From positions 5,384 to 69,383 of the forward strand of contig CABYLU010000005.1 of NCBI GenBank assembly GCA_902519835.1: a stretch of 64,000 nt of DNA. The letters run 5' to 3'. Below are positions 27,579 to 37,481 of the stretch, in pieces (position 1 is the first letter of the stretch; each line of letters starts with the position of its first letter). The DNA is from an uncultured Pelagibacteraceae bacterium (GTDB taxonomy: Bacteria > Pseudomonadota > Alphaproteobacteria > Pelagibacterales > AG-422-B15). Both the position numbers and the translations under genes were made by a program. The notes under the pieces were generated by a model. It was not told the origin of the DNA and did not search any database. It saw only the letters and a program-made list of their open reading frames with translations.

Positions 27579-29777
27579 TCAAAATTCATTGAACCATTTT
27601 GTATGGTGGTCAATTAAGCTTGATAATTCAATCTCTCCAATTGAATTAATTGAGATAGATGTTCCTCCAATTTCTCCAATTCTTTCTATTTTGACCGCAC
27701 TCTTGCTTGCGTCAACTTCTATTTGTTCAAGTTTATTTGGTGAGACCTCAACTAAGTACCTAGCTTGATCCTCGCCAAAAAAGAATCCGTGAAGAAAATC
27801 TTTTGTTATATCAATTTTTATTCCCAGGTTACCTGAGATGCACATTTCAGCAATTGCAATTAGAACACCGCCTTCACCAACATCATGAACAGATTTTAGT
27901 AATTTCTTAGTGACGCAATCCAGAATGAATTTTCCATTTTTTAATTCATCATCCAAATTTATTGACGGGGTACCACCGTCTTCTCTATTTTGTATGATTG
28001 AGAGATAATGACTATTGCCTAAATGATTATCGCTTTCTCCAATAAGACACAATACATTACCTTCATTTTTAAAACCTATTGTCATTGTATTTGATAGATC
28101 TTTGATTAGTCCAACGCCACCAATAGCGGGAGTAGGATAAATCCCTTCACCGTTAGTTTCGTTATAGAGTGAGACATTCCCTGAAATGACAGGGTAATTA
28201 AGTTTACTGCACGCGTCTCCCATGCCACGAATGCATTCTACAAATTGTCCCATGATTTCTGGTTTTTCAGGATTTCCAAAATTCATACAATCTGTGATTG
28301 CAATTGGTTCAGCTCCAGATGCAACAATATTACGCCAAGTTTCAACAACCGCATGCTTTCCTCCTTCATATGGATTATGTCTGCAGTATGTGGGTGAACA
28401 GTCTGTACTGATCGCTATTCCTTTGTTGGTTCCATGCACTCTTACAACAGCTGCATCAGAACCAGGTCGTACAACTGTATCTGCCATAACCATGTGATCA
28501 TATTGTTCCCATATCCATTTTCTGCTGCATAAATTTGGATGGCTGATCATTTTCAATAAATCGCTTAAGATATCTTTATCTTCAAAATCCTTGCTTTCGA
28601 AGCTAATTAGGGGAGAAGGGTCATTGACAATATAATCTCGCTGATACTCTGGCGCATCTTCTACCAAAATATTAATTGGTATACTTGCCTGCTCTTCACC
28701 ATCCATATGTAATATTAATTTTTTTGTATCTGTAACTTCACCAATTATTTCAAATTCAAGGTCCCATTTTTTAAAAATGCTTCGGGCAAGTTCTTCTTTT
28801 TTGGGCTGAATAACCATTAACATTCTTTCCTGACTCTCTGATAGCATGAGCTCGTAGGCAGTCATGTTAGCTGCTCGCAGAGGAACCTTTGATAAATTTA
28901 TATCAATCCCTACATTTCCTTTGGATGCCATCTCAATAGATGATGAAGTTAAACCTGCTGCTCCCATATCTTGAATTGCTATAATTGCATCCTCTTTCAT
29001 AAGTTCTAGACAAGCCTCAAGTAATAATTTTTCAGTAAAAGGATCACCAACTTGAACAGTGGGTTTTTTTTCTTCAGAGTCATCATCAAATTCTGCTGAT
29101 GCCATAGTTGCACCATGAATACCATCTCTACCTGTTTTTGAACCAACATACACTACTGGATTTCCTATTCCTGCAGCCGCTGAATAGAAAATTTTATCTT
29201 TTTTTGCGATGCCAACCGTCATAGCATTAACCAATATATTGCCGTTGTAGGATGGATGAAAGTTTACTTCACCTCCAACAGTTGGAATTCCAATACAATT
29301 TCCATAACCTCCGATGCCACCGACAACACCTGAGACTAAATGTTTTGTTTTTGGATGATTTGGATCTCCAAATCGAAGTGCATTCATATTTGCTACAGGT
29401 CTTGCACCCATAGTAAAAACATCTCTTAAAATACCACCTACACCAGTTGCAGCTCCCTGGTAGGGCTCTAGAAATGAAGGATGATTATGACTTTCCATTT
29501 TGAAAACAGCAACATCTCCATCATCAATATCAATAACACCTGCGTTTTCACCTGGTCCTTGGATAACTCGTTCCCCTGAGGTTGGTAATTTTTTTAGCCA
29601 ATATTTAGACGATTTATAGGAGCAATGTTCATTCCACATTGCACTAAATATTCCAAGTTCAGTAAGATTAGGTTCACGCCCAAGGCCCTGAACAATTTTT
29701 TCAAACTCATCAAGCTTAAGACCGTGACTTTCTACAAGTAATTTTTCTGTATCAAACTGCCAATTGGATGAGGTCAT
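27579..29777 (-). CDS. purL: Phosphoribosylformylglycinamidine synthase subunit PurL
   Basis: 732 aa. Motifs [16 protein letters not shown] and duplicated AIR-synthase-like domains. Confidence 0.95.
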   Translation of the reverse strand: MTSSNWQFDTEKLLVESHGLKLDEFEKIVQGLGREPNLTELGIFSAMWNEHCSYKSSKYWLKKLPTSGERVIQGPGENAGVIDIDDGDVAVFKMESHNHPSFLEPYQGAATGVGGILRDVFTMGARPVANMNALRFGDPNHPKTKHLVSGVVGGIGGYGNCIGIPTVGGEVNFHPSYNGNILVNAMTVGIAKKDKIFYSAAAGIGNPVVYVGSKTGRDGIHGATMASAEFDDDSEEKKPTVQVGDPFTEKLLLEACLELMKEDAIIAIQDMGAAGLTSSSIEMASKGNVGIDINLSKVPLRAANMTAYELMLSESQERMLMVIQPKKEELARSIFKKWDLEFEIIGEVTDTKKLILHMDGEEQASIPINILVEDAPEYQRDYIVNDPSPLISFESKDFEDKDILSDLLKMISHPNLCSRKWIWEQYDHMVMADTVVRPGSDAAVVRVHGTNKGIAISTDCSPTYCRHNPYEGGKHAVVETWRNIVASGAEPIAITDCMNFGNPEKPEIMGQFVECIRGMGDACSKLNYPVISGNVSLYNETNGEGIYPTPAIGGVGLIKDLSNTMTIGFKNEGNVLCLIGESDNHLGNSHYLSIIQNREDGGTPSINLDDELKNGKFILDCVTKKLLKSVHDVGEGGVLIAIAEMCISGNLGIKIDITKDFLHGFFFGEDQARYLVEVSPNKLEQIEVDASKSAVKIERIGEIGGTSISINSIGEIELSSLIDHHTKWFNEF

Positions 29778-30448
29778 TAACTTAGAAGACTTTCAAAAAT
29801 ATTTCTTCCATCATCACATCCATGAATACTTTCAGCTGCTCTTTCGGGGTGAGGCATCATACCTAGTACATTTTTGCTTTTGTTGAACACCCCAGCAATA
29901 TTATTTATTGAACCATTTGGATTCGAATGGGCATTGATATCTCCGTTTTCGTCACAGTATTGAAATGCAATTTGATCGTTGTCTTCAATTTCTTTTATTT
30001 GATTACTGTTAGCAAAGTAATTTCCCTCATTGTGAGCTATTGGCATTTTTGAAATTTTAGATTTATTAGTAAATATAGTTTTTGTATTTGTTGGTTTGAT
30101 TATTATATCGCGACATATAAAGCTTAAACTGCTATTCCTTATTAGAGCGCCTTGAAGAAGACCGCTTTCAATTAAAATTTGAAATCCATTACAAATGCCC
30201 ATTACTGGCACTCCTTTATTTGCATTTTCAATCACGCTTTTCATGATAGGTGATGCTGACGCCATTGCGCCACATCGTAAATAATCACCGTAAGAAAATC
30301 CACCTGGAACAACAATCAAATCTGATTGTTTTATTGTTGAATCTTTGTGCCAAACCATTTCAGGTGAAGAGCCAATAATGTTTTGAATTGCAACAGCGAC
30401 ATCTCTGTCACAGTTCGAACCCGGAAAAACAATTACATGTGTCTTCAT
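29777..30448 (-). CDS. purQ: Phosphoribosylformylglycinamidine synthase subunit PurQ (glutaminase)
   Basis: [18 protein letters not shown] (nucleophile Cys) and MPHPER. Confidence 0.93.
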   Translation of the reverse strand: MKTHVIVFPGSNCDRDVAVAIQNIIGSSPEMVWHKDSTIKQSDLIVVPGGFSYGDYLRCGAMASASPIMKSVIENANKGVPVMGICNGFQILIESGLLQGALIRNSSLSFICRDIIIKPTNTKTIFTNKSKISKMPIAHNEGNYFANSNQIKEIEDNDQIAFQYCDENGDINAHSNPNGSINNIAGVFNKSKNVLGMMPHPERAAESIHGCDDGRNIFESLLS

Positions 30449-30691
30449 TTAATTTTCAATTTCTACTGAGTAGTCTTCAATAACTAAGTTAGCCAATAAT
30501 TTCTCACACATATCATTACACTGCTTCTCAGCTTCCTCTTTACTGTTACTGTTGATTTCTAGTTCTATGAATTTTCCCTGTCTGACATCATTAACGTTGT
30601 CGAATCCAAGAGATTTGAGTGAATTTGCAATAACTGATCCTTGAGGATCAAGTACGTCTTTTTTTAATGTGATATGAATTTTGGCAAGCAT
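30449..30691 (-). CDS. purS: Phosphoribosylformylglycinamidine synthase subunit PurS
   Basis: 80 aa with VLDPQG. Sits between purC and purQ. Confidence 0.85.
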   Translation of the reverse strand: MLAKIHITLKKDVLDPQGSVIANSLKSLGFDNVNDVRQGKFIELEINSNSKEEAEKQCNDMCEKLLANLVIEDYSVEIEN

Positions 30692-30697
30692 TAGACT

Positions 30698-31417
30698 TTA
30701 ATGCATGATTCCTAATCTTGAGGCAACCTCCTCATACGCACTTAATAAACTGCCGAGGTTTCTTCTGAACACATCCTTATCAAGTTTCTTATTAGTTTTT
30801 TTATCCCATAATCGACAAGAATCAGGACTTATTTCATCAGCTAATACAATTTTTTTGGGGTTCGATGAGAGTCTACCGAATTCAATTTTGAAATCCACAA
30901 GTATGATATTCTTTTTAAAAAAAAGATTTCTTAAGTGCTTATTAATTTGAAGAGACATTTTATCTATTTTTTTCAGCTCAGAGTTTGTTGCCCAGCCAAA
31001 AGTGATAAGGTGGTCTCTTGAAATCATTGGGTCATCCAAACTGTCTTCTTTGTAATAATATTCTAGTAAAGGTTTTTTAAGCTTTAATCCTTCTTTAATA
31101 CCTAATTTTTTTGCAATAGAACCAGCTGTTATATTTCTTACAACAAATTCAATCGGAATAATTTCACATTTTTTTATAAGTTGCTCACGGTCATTCAGCT
31201 TTTCTTCAAAATGTGTTGGGATGCGTTTTGACTTAAGATACTGCATTATGTGTGCAGAAATATGATTGTTAAGTACGCCTTTGCCTTTAAAAATTTTATG
31301 TTTCTTTTTATTATAGGCTGTAGCATCGTCTTTAAAAATTTGAATGAGTGTGTTTTTTTTAGGCCCTTTAATAATTTTTTTAGCCTTACCTTCATATAAA
31401 GTTTTAGATGATCTCAT
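30698..31417 (-). CDS. purC: SAICAR synthase
   Basis: LYEGKAK, IPIEFVVRN and LADEISPDSCRLWD. Confidence 0.92.
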   Translation of the reverse strand: MRSSKTLYEGKAKKIIKGPKKNTLIQIFKDDATAYNKKKHKIFKGKGVLNNHISAHIMQYLKSKRIPTHFEEKLNDREQLIKKCEIIPIEFVVRNITAGSIAKKLGIKEGLKLKKPLLEYYYKEDSLDDPMISRDHLITFGWATNSELKKIDKMSLQINKHLRNLFFKKNIILVDFKIEFGRLSSNPKKIVLADEISPDSCRLWDKKTNKKLDKDVFRRNLGSLLSAYEEVASRLGIMH

Positions 31418-31489
31418 TGCAGGTAATAAAAATATTTGTTAAGATAAGTCCTTAAATTAAATTAAATTCATTCAAAAGTACAAAAAATC

Positions 31490-31819
31490 ATGAAAAAACT
31501 TGATGAGAGAAAAAAAGGTTTCGAGGGTAAGTTTGCTCGTGACCAGGAACTAGAGTTTAAAATATTAGCCCGTAGAAATAAGTATTTAGGTGTGTGGGCA
31601 GCTGAAAAATTAGGCATATCAGGCCCGGCTGTTGAAGAATATTTTGCAGAGGTTGTAAAATCAGATCTTGAAGAAGACGGGGATATGGATGTTTTCAGAA
31701 AGGTTAGAAAGGACTTTGACGATAAAGGTATTACAATTTCAGACGACGAATTAAGACAAAGTATGGATCAATTTTTACTTCAAGCAAAAGAAGAAATTAT
31801 TGGTAAAGATAACATATAA
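31490..31819 (+). CDS. DUF1476 protein (alphaproteobacterial F1-ATPase inhibitor zeta subunit-like)
   Basis: FEGKFARDQELEFKILARRNKYLGVWAAEKLG...DVFRKV parallels the Paracoccus zeta subunit pattern (recalled from memory). Confidence 0.75.
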   Translation: MKKLDERKKGFEGKFARDQELEFKILARRNKYLGVWAAEKLGISGPAVEEYFAEVVKSDLEEDGDMDVFRKVRKDFDDKGITISDDELRQSMDQFLLQAKEEIIGKDNI

Positions 31820-31828
31820 GAGTTTTTT

Positions 31829-32068
31829 ATGAAGTATCAGTTAGCCCAAAAAAAGAAAAAGTCGGTAAAAAAGAAAGTAACCAAAAAAAAGAAGCAAGTT
31901 ACTAAAAAAAGGATTGTTAAGAAATCAACAAAGAAAAAATCAGTTAATAAAAAGAAAGCTTCTTTAGTGGATATGATTGATCGTTCTAATTATGTCGTAT
32001 TTTACTATGCAGGTGCTTATGCGCTGATTTTTGGTTTATTTGCAGTCGCAATTTACTATTCAAATTAA
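31829..32068 (+). CDS. Hypothetical Lys-rich protein with a C-terminal transmembrane helix
   Basis: 79 aa. Residues ~8-45 are roughly 60% Lys. The C-terminal segment VVFYYAGAYALIFGLFAVAIYY is hydrophobic. No recognisable family, and the region is A-tract rich. Confidence 0.4.
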   Translation: MKYQLAQKKKKSVKKKVTKKKKQVTKKRIVKKSTKKKSVNKKKASLVDMIDRSNYVVFYYAGAYALIFGLFAVAIYYSN

Positions 32069-32069
32069 A

Positions 32070-33362
32070 TTACTTAAAAACTTTTTTGAAAATATAGTCA
32101 GTTCTGCGAGCGGCGTGTTTTAAATCTAAAATTTTTGATATCTCTTTTTTGCTTAGGTATTTTTTTAATTCTTCATCTTTGTTAAGTATTACCTCAAAAT
32201 CTGTATTCGTTTTCCATACTTCCATTGCATTACGTTGAACTATCTTATACGCATTTTCTCGCGATAAACCTTTTTGTGTCATTGCGAGCATTAAACCTTC
32301 TGACATTGGCAGTTTTTTTAATTTATCTAAATTAGTTTTCATATTTTTTGGATATACAACAAGATTTGATATCACATTATTCATTCGTGAAAGTGCAAAG
32401 TCGATTATAATATTTGCATCTGGCGCCATTATTCTCTCTACACTTGAATGCGATATGTCTCTTTCATGCCAAAGAGTAATATTTTCTAAAGCAGGAACCG
32501 TATAACCTCTAATCAGTCTTGCCAGTCCAGTTAAATTCTCAGTCAGAACTGGATTTCTTTTGTGAGGCATCGCTGATGACCCTTTTTGTCCTTTTGAAAA
32601 AAATTCTTCAACTTCTAAAACCTCAGTTCTTTGTAAATGTCTTATCTCAGTAGCTAAACGTTCAATCGAACTTGCAATTACTGCAAGAGTATTAAAATAT
32701 ACTGCGTGACGATCTCTTGGAATTATTTGAGTTGAAATCGTTTCTGCTTTCATGCCCAACTTTTTTGCGACGTAATGCTCAACACGTGGATCAATATTTG
32801 CATAATTGCCGACTGCGCCTGAAATCGCGCATATATTTATTTCTTCGATTGCTTTTAGAAAACGCTTATGGTTCCTTTGAAATTCTGCATAAAAAGATGC
32901 CATTTTAACTCCAAAAGTTGTGGGTTCCGCATGAATCCCATGACTTCTTCCAATGCAAGGTGTGTTCTTATGTTTTATTGCAATTTTTTTTAATGATTTT
33001 AGTAAATTTAGTAGTCCCTTCTCAATAATGACTGAGGACTGTTTTAGTTGAACATTAAAAGCCGTATCTAAAATATCTGAAGAAGTTAGACCTTGGTGAA
33101 GAAATCTTGCAGGTGGACCTGCGTATTCAGAAATTGTTGTCAAAAAAGCAATTACATCGTGTTTCACTTTTTTTTCAATTTGATCAATTCTCTTTTCATT
33201 AATCTTTGCTTTTGATCTAATTTTTTTACTTGTTCCCTTAGGAACAGTTCCTAATTTCTCCATGGCTTCACAAGCGTAGAGCTCAATATCAAGCCATATT
33301 TTAAATTTAGAGTTAGAGCTCCAAACGTCAGTCATCTCGGCTCTAGAATAACGAGGGATCAT
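32070..33362 (-). CDS. purB: Adenylosuccinate lyase
   Basis: Fumarate-lyase signature GSSAMPHKRNP, with N-terminal MIPRYSRAEM. Confidence 0.93.
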   Translation of the reverse strand: MIPRYSRAEMTDVWSSNSKFKIWLDIELYACEAMEKLGTVPKGTSKKIRSKAKINEKRIDQIEKKVKHDVIAFLTTISEYAGPPARFLHQGLTSSDILDTAFNVQLKQSSVIIEKGLLNLLKSLKKIAIKHKNTPCIGRSHGIHAEPTTFGVKMASFYAEFQRNHKRFLKAIEEINICAISGAVGNYANIDPRVEHYVAKKLGMKAETISTQIIPRDRHAVYFNTLAVIASSIERLATEIRHLQRTEVLEVEEFFSKGQKGSSAMPHKRNPVLTENLTGLARLIRGYTVPALENITLWHERDISHSSVERIMAPDANIIIDFALSRMNNVISNLVVYPKNMKTNLDKLKKLPMSEGLMLAMTQKGLSRENAYKIVQRNAMEVWKTNTDFEVILNKDEELKKYLSKKEISKILDLKHAARRTDYIFKKVFK

Positions 33363-33386
33363 ATAAGTATGTTTTTAATCTTTAAT

Positions 33387-34157
33387 TTACGGTTTATCAA
33401 GCCCAGCGGGTGATTTTGTAAAAATTTCTACACCATCGTTGGTAATGCCAATACTATGCTCAAATTGTGCTGACAAACTTTTATCTTTTGTAACAGCCGT
33501 CCAACCATCGCCTAACATTCTAACATCATATTTTCCAAAATTTATCATCGGTTCCACTGTAAAAAACATGCCTGGTTCAATTCTTTCACCTTTACCTTTA
33601 TCCCCGTAGTGAAGAATGTTTGGAAACTCATGAAAAACTTTTCCTAGTCCATGACCACAAAAATCACGAACAACACTGTAATTTTGTTTTTCAGCATACG
33701 TTTGAATTGCACTACCAATATCACCTAATGTTGCATTAGGTTGAGCAGCATTGATGCCTTCATGCATTGCATGAAAAGTGCAATCAATTAATTTTTGTGC
33801 TTTGGCATTTATCTTGCCAACAGGAAACATGCGGCTAGTATCGCCATGCCAACCATCAACAATTACGGTTACATCGATATTCACAATATCTCCATTTTCT
33901 AAAATTCTTGATGAAGGAATTCCATGACATATTACGTGATTAATTGAAGTACAAACTGACTTAGGATAGCCCTTATAAAATAAAGGGGCAATAAGACCTC
34001 CATGACGGACTATATAATCAAATGCAATATTATCTAACTCTTCAGTGGAAACACCTGGTTTTACTTTTTCAACAAGTAGATCCAATGTAGATGCTGCAAG
34101 ATTACCTGCTTTTCGCATCCCTTCAAAATCATCAGAACTATGAATAGTGTTATTCAA
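33387..34157 (-). CDS. map: Methionine aminopeptidase type I
   Basis: Motifs NHVICHGIP, DVTVIVDGWHGD, CGHGLG and FTVEPM. Confidence 0.95.
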   Translation of the reverse strand: MNNTIHSSDDFEGMRKAGNLAASTLDLLVEKVKPGVSTEELDNIAFDYIVRHGGLIAPLFYKGYPKSVCTSINHVICHGIPSSRILENGDIVNIDVTVIVDGWHGDTSRMFPVGKINAKAQKLIDCTFHAMHEGINAAQPNATLGDIGSAIQTYAEKQNYSVVRDFCGHGLGKVFHEFPNILHYGDKGKGERIEPGMFFTVEPMINFGKYDVRMLGDGWTAVTKDKSLSAQFEHSIGITNDGVEIFTKSPAGLDKP

Positions 34158-34855
34158 TGTAATACCTTTATTTTTTTATTTACACTTATACCATTTCTAC
34201 CAAAAGAACAGTCATAACATAAAGGCTCAACACCCATTTTTTTAACCTTCTTAAAAGTATCTGCATATTTAGTATCAATATCTGCAGCGATCTTAAACTT
34301 ACTGCAATCATCTCTTTGGACTAAGAAAAGCATGACCGCTCTAACAGATTTGGTTGGAAGAGTGGATAGCTCTATTAAATGTTTTAACCCTCTCTCAGTG
34401 ATCGCATCAGGAAATTCTGCAATTGATTTGTCTCTCGATAAGGTAACATTTTTAACTTCTACGTATATTTCTTCTTTTTTTGTTTGAACTAAGAAGTCAA
34501 TTCTAGAATTTTGTCCATACTTAACTTCTCTTTTGAATGATACAATTTTTCCTAGCTCTGAAATTTTGCCATTGCTTATTGCTTCCTCAACAATTCGATT
34601 AGCTCGATGAGTATTAACCCCAACCATTGCCCCTTTTGATTGAATTGCTTCTAAAGTAAATTTTAGTTTTCGGTTAGGATCATCTGCTTCTGTCAAATAG
34701 ACTAAATTGTCTTTTTCAAGCAGTCCCATCATAGAGCCTGTATTAGGACAATGAGCTGTGACAATTTTTTTACTATCAAGTTGAACATCTACAAAAAATC
34801 TCTTATATCTCTTAATGAATTTACCAGTGAGGAAATTTTTCGAATTGTTTGGCAT
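34154..34855 (-). CDS. sfsA: SfsA-family DNA-binding / sugar fermentation stimulation protein
   Basis: RYKRFFVDV and HCPNTGSM. ATGA overlap with map. Confidence 0.85.
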   Translation of the reverse strand: MPNNSKNFLTGKFIKRYKRFFVDVQLDSKKIVTAHCPNTGSMMGLLEKDNLVYLTEADDPNRKLKFTLEAIQSKGAMVGVNTHRANRIVEEAISNGKISELGKIVSFKREVKYGQNSRIDFLVQTKKEEIYVEVKNVTLSRDKSIAEFPDAITERGLKHLIELSTLPTKSVRAVMLFLVQRDDCSKFKIAADIDTKYADTFKKVKKMGVEPLCYDCSFGRNGISVNKKIKVLH

Positions 34856-34861
34856 AATATT

Positions 34862-35587
34862 ATGAAGGCATCATTAATAATTATAGGTAATGAAATTTTA
34901 TCAGGTCGTACACAAGATAAGAATCTATCATATCTTGCAAATTGGTTGAACGAAATAGGTATTCAATTAACAGAAGTCAGGGTAATTCGTGACGAAGAGG
35001 ATGTAATTGTTGAGACAGTTAACCATTTAAGAAAAACATATGACTATGTGTTTACCACTGGTGGTATTGGACCAACGCACGACGACATCACATCAGAGTC
35101 AATCGCTAAGGCATTTTCTGTTGATTTGGAAATAAATCAGGGAGCACTCTCAATATTAAAAGAGTATTATAAAGATGGGGAGCTCACAGAAGCTCGTATG
35201 AAGATGACAAAAATGCCTGTTGGCTCAGAGCTCATTGAAAATCCAGTTAGCAGAGCGCCAGGGTTTAAAATGGGAAATGTATTTGTTTTGGCAGGTATAC
35301 CAGGAATTATGCAAGGCATGTTGGAAGGAGCTCGTCAATTTCTTAAGAAAGGGGATGTAGTAAAATCTAAATCAGTCGACATTTTTACCCCCGAAAGCAA
35401 TGTGGCCGAGATACTGACTAACCTTCAGGCAAAATATAGCTCTGTTGAAATAGGCAGTTATCCATTTAGTAAGGAAAATAGATTTGGAACATCAATTGTT
35501 ATGCGTTCAACGAGCGATGATCAGCTTTCAAAATGTGATACAGAATTAAAGGAATTAGTTAAAAATTATGATACAAAGTATTATTAA
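34862..35587 (+). CDS. CinA-like molybdopterin-binding (MoCF_BD) domain protein
   Basis: MKASLIIIGNEILSGRTQDKN and TTGGIGPTHDDIT. I prefer the ATG at 34862; the 34751 start in the ORF track would overlap sfsA by about 100 nt. Confidence 0.8.
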   Translation: MKASLIIIGNEILSGRTQDKNLSYLANWLNEIGIQLTEVRVIRDEEDVIVETVNHLRKTYDYVFTTGGIGPTHDDITSESIAKAFSVDLEINQGALSILKEYYKDGELTEARMKMTKMPVGSELIENPVSRAPGFKMGNVFVLAGIPGIMQGMLEGARQFLKKGDVVKSKSVDIFTPESNVAEILTNLQAKYSSVEIGSYPFSKENRFGTSIVMRSTSDDQLSKCDTELKELVKNYDTKYY

Positions 35588-35708
35588 TTTTTATCCACAA
35601 ATCCCTAAATAATTGATTTAATTGATTATTATTATTTTTTTAATATTTACTTAAGTAGGATTCTCAATAATAATTGCCTAATTTTATAAAATTAAGGGGA
35701 AAATAAAC

Positions 35709-36401
35709 ATGAAAGTATTAATGCTAAATCCCGGAGATCAGGTAGCCATTTCGTTTTGGTTGATCTCTATGGCCATGGTTGCCGCTACTGCTTTCTTCTT
35801 TCTTGAAAGAGATCGTGTAGCTGCTAAATGGAAAACGTCCCTAACAGTTGCTGGTTTGGTTACTGGTGTGGCGGCGTGGCACTATTTCTACATGAGAGAT
35901 GTATGGGTAGCTACAGGTGATTCGCCAACAGTCCTTCGTTATATTGACTGGTTGATTACTGTGCCTCTACAAATCGTAGAATTCTATGTAATTCTTGCAG
36001 CGATGACTGCTGTTGCTTCAAGCCTTTTCTGGAGACTACTAATTGCATCAATTATTATGCTTGTCTTCGGTTATCTCGGTGAAACTGGAGCGATGAATGT
36101 AACTCTAGCCTTCGTAATAGGTATGGCTGGATGGCTATATATCATCTACGAGGTGTTTGCAGGTGAAGCGAGCAAGGCAAGTGCTGGTAGTGGAAACGCT
36201 GCTGGTCAGACTGCATTTAACGCATTGAGATTAATTGTTACAGTAGGATGGGCAATTTATCCAATTGGTTATGCTGTAGGTTACTTCGGTGGCGGCGTAG
36301 ACGCTGGCGCATTGAACTTAATCTATAACCTTGCAGACTTTGTTAATAAAATTGCATTTGGTATGGCTATTTATGTAGCTGCAGTATCAGACAGCAACTA
36401 A
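35709..36401 (+). CDS. Proteorhodopsin (DTE proton pump, blue-tuned Gln at the position-105 equivalent)
   Basis: RYIDWLITVPLQIVEF gives D80/T84/E91 (the DTE motif) and Q88 (caa at 35970-35972, the spectral tuning site). Schiff-base Lys is in NLADFVNKIAFG (K214). GWAIYPIGY is also present. Confidence 0.95.
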   Translation: MKVLMLNPGDQVAISFWLISMAMVAATAFFFLERDRVAAKWKTSLTVAGLVTGVAAWHYFYMRDVWVATGDSPTVLRYIDWLITVPLQIVEFYVILAAMTAVASSLFWRLLIASIIMLVFGYLGETGAMNVTLAFVIGMAGWLYIIYEVFAGEASKASAGSGNAAGQTAFNALRLIVTVGWAIYPIGYAVGYFGGGVDAGALNLIYNLADFVNKIAFGMAIYVAAVSDSN

Positions 36402-36424
36402 TTAACTGCAAAGTAAATAATAAA

Positions 36425-36451
36425 GAAGGGGCCTTCGGGCCCCTTTTTTTT
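36425..36451 (+). terminator. Rho-independent terminator of the proteorhodopsin gene
   Basis: GGGGCC (36428-36433), TTCG loop, GGCCCC (36438-36443), then 8 T (36444-36451). The hairpin is conspicuously GC-rich for this AT-rich genome. Confidence 0.85.
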
Positions 36452-36507
36452 ATCCGTTGTTAAAGTTCTGGAACTTAATTACACATAGAGTTATAAATTA
36501 TTGTATT

Positions 36508-36595
36508 GGCCTCATGGCGGAATTGGTAGACGCAAAGGACTTAAAATCCTTTGGGATTTATTCCCGTCCCGGTTCGAGTCCGGGTGAGGCCACCA
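36508..36595 (+). tRNA. tRNA-Leu (anticodon UAA)
   Basis: Acceptor arms GGCCTCA/TGAGGCC, D arm GCGGAATTGGTAGACGC, anticodon loop CTTAAAA, a long variable arm, TTCGAGT T-loop and an encoded CCA. Confidence 0.9.
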
Positions 36596-36633
36596 AATAA
36601 TCAGATAATATTTATCAGTGCGATATCATTTGA

Positions 36634-37401
36634 TTAAAACTTGAATTGCTCGTTTAAAATTCTTTCATCGAATGAGTGATCCTCATCAAAAAGAAGTTCT
36701 ACAACTTGATCTTTACTTTGATGTACTTCAACAGAACTGATATCTCTAAACTCAGTACTATCAGCGACAACACTTACAGGTCTTTTTTTACTATCAATAA
36801 TCTCAAATTTTACATTTGATTCATTATTTAATATTGCACCTTTCCATCTTCTAGGTCTAAAAGCACTTATCGGAGTTAATGCAAGGACATCTGCATTTAT
36901 TGGCAGTATTGGACCGTGAGCAGATAAATTGTAAGCTGTGCTTCCAGATGGCGTTGAAATTAATACACCATCACAGATTAGTTCATCTAACCTAACTTTT
37001 CCATCAACTGAGATTTTAATTTTTGATGCTTGATGTGTTTCTCTAAGTAATGATACTTCGTTAATAGCAATCGCTTCATTAATAGAGCCATCGACACTTA
37101 AGGCTTTCATTATTAACGGAGATATTTTAATTGATTGCGATTGATTAATTCTATTTATCAAATCATTTTCATTCGAAGAGTTCATAAGAAAACCAACACT
37201 ACCATAATTTAAACCAAATATTGGCAAGTGCTTATCCATATGAGATTTAATAGCTTCAAGCATAAAACCATCGCCACCTAAGACCACTATTACATCAGCA
37301 TTATCAAAGTTATTCTTACCATACTTATCTTCTAAGATCTTTTGTTGATAACTTGCTTCATCACTGCTGGAAGCCAAAAAAACTGGTTTATTCAAATTCA
37401 T
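36634..37401 (-). CDS. nadK: NAD kinase
   Basis: VVLGGDGFML, and TPSGSTAYNLSA(HGPI). Confidence 0.9.
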   Translation of the reverse strand: MNLNKPVFLASSSDEASYQQKILEDKYGKNNFDNADVIVVLGGDGFMLEAIKSHMDKHLPIFGLNYGSVGFLMNSSNENDLINRINQSQSIKISPLIMKALSVDGSINEAIAINEVSLLRETHQASKIKISVDGKVRLDELICDGVLISTPSGSTAYNLSAHGPILPINADVLALTPISAFRPRRWKGAILNNESNVKFEIIDSKKRPVSVVADSTEFRDISSVEVHQSKDQVVELLFDEDHSFDERILNEQFKF

Positions 37402-37481
37402 TGTTTTTTACCTACAAAAAAGTATTTCTTTATCCTAAAATCCTGTCTAATTGAACATAATTAATTAATTATTCTTATCTT

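Noticed and set aside
27487-27768. A 93-aa plus-strand ORF bridging the grxD 5' end and the purL 3' end.
   Set aside because: It is antisense to two confidently identified genes and shows no recognisable motif.
34751-34861. The long N-terminal extension of the cinA-like ORF, which overlaps sfsA by about 100 nt.
   Set aside because: The conserved MoCF-binding domain starts right at the Met encoded at 34862 (MKASLIIIGNEILSGR). The extension has no similarity to anything I recognise.
35611-35628. CRISPR-like or other tandem arrays; I scanned all spacers longer than 50 nt.
   Set aside because: Only a 2-copy 9-mer and a few short AT-rich palindromes exist. Nothing shows repeat-spacer periodicity, and there are no cas genes.
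35709-36401. The rhodopsin as a sodium (NDQ) pump, a chloride (NTQ) pump or a sensory rhodopsin.
   Set aside because: The motif positions read D-T-E, with a carboxylate proton donor. No transducer gene is adjacent. This fits a proton-pumping proteorhodopsin.
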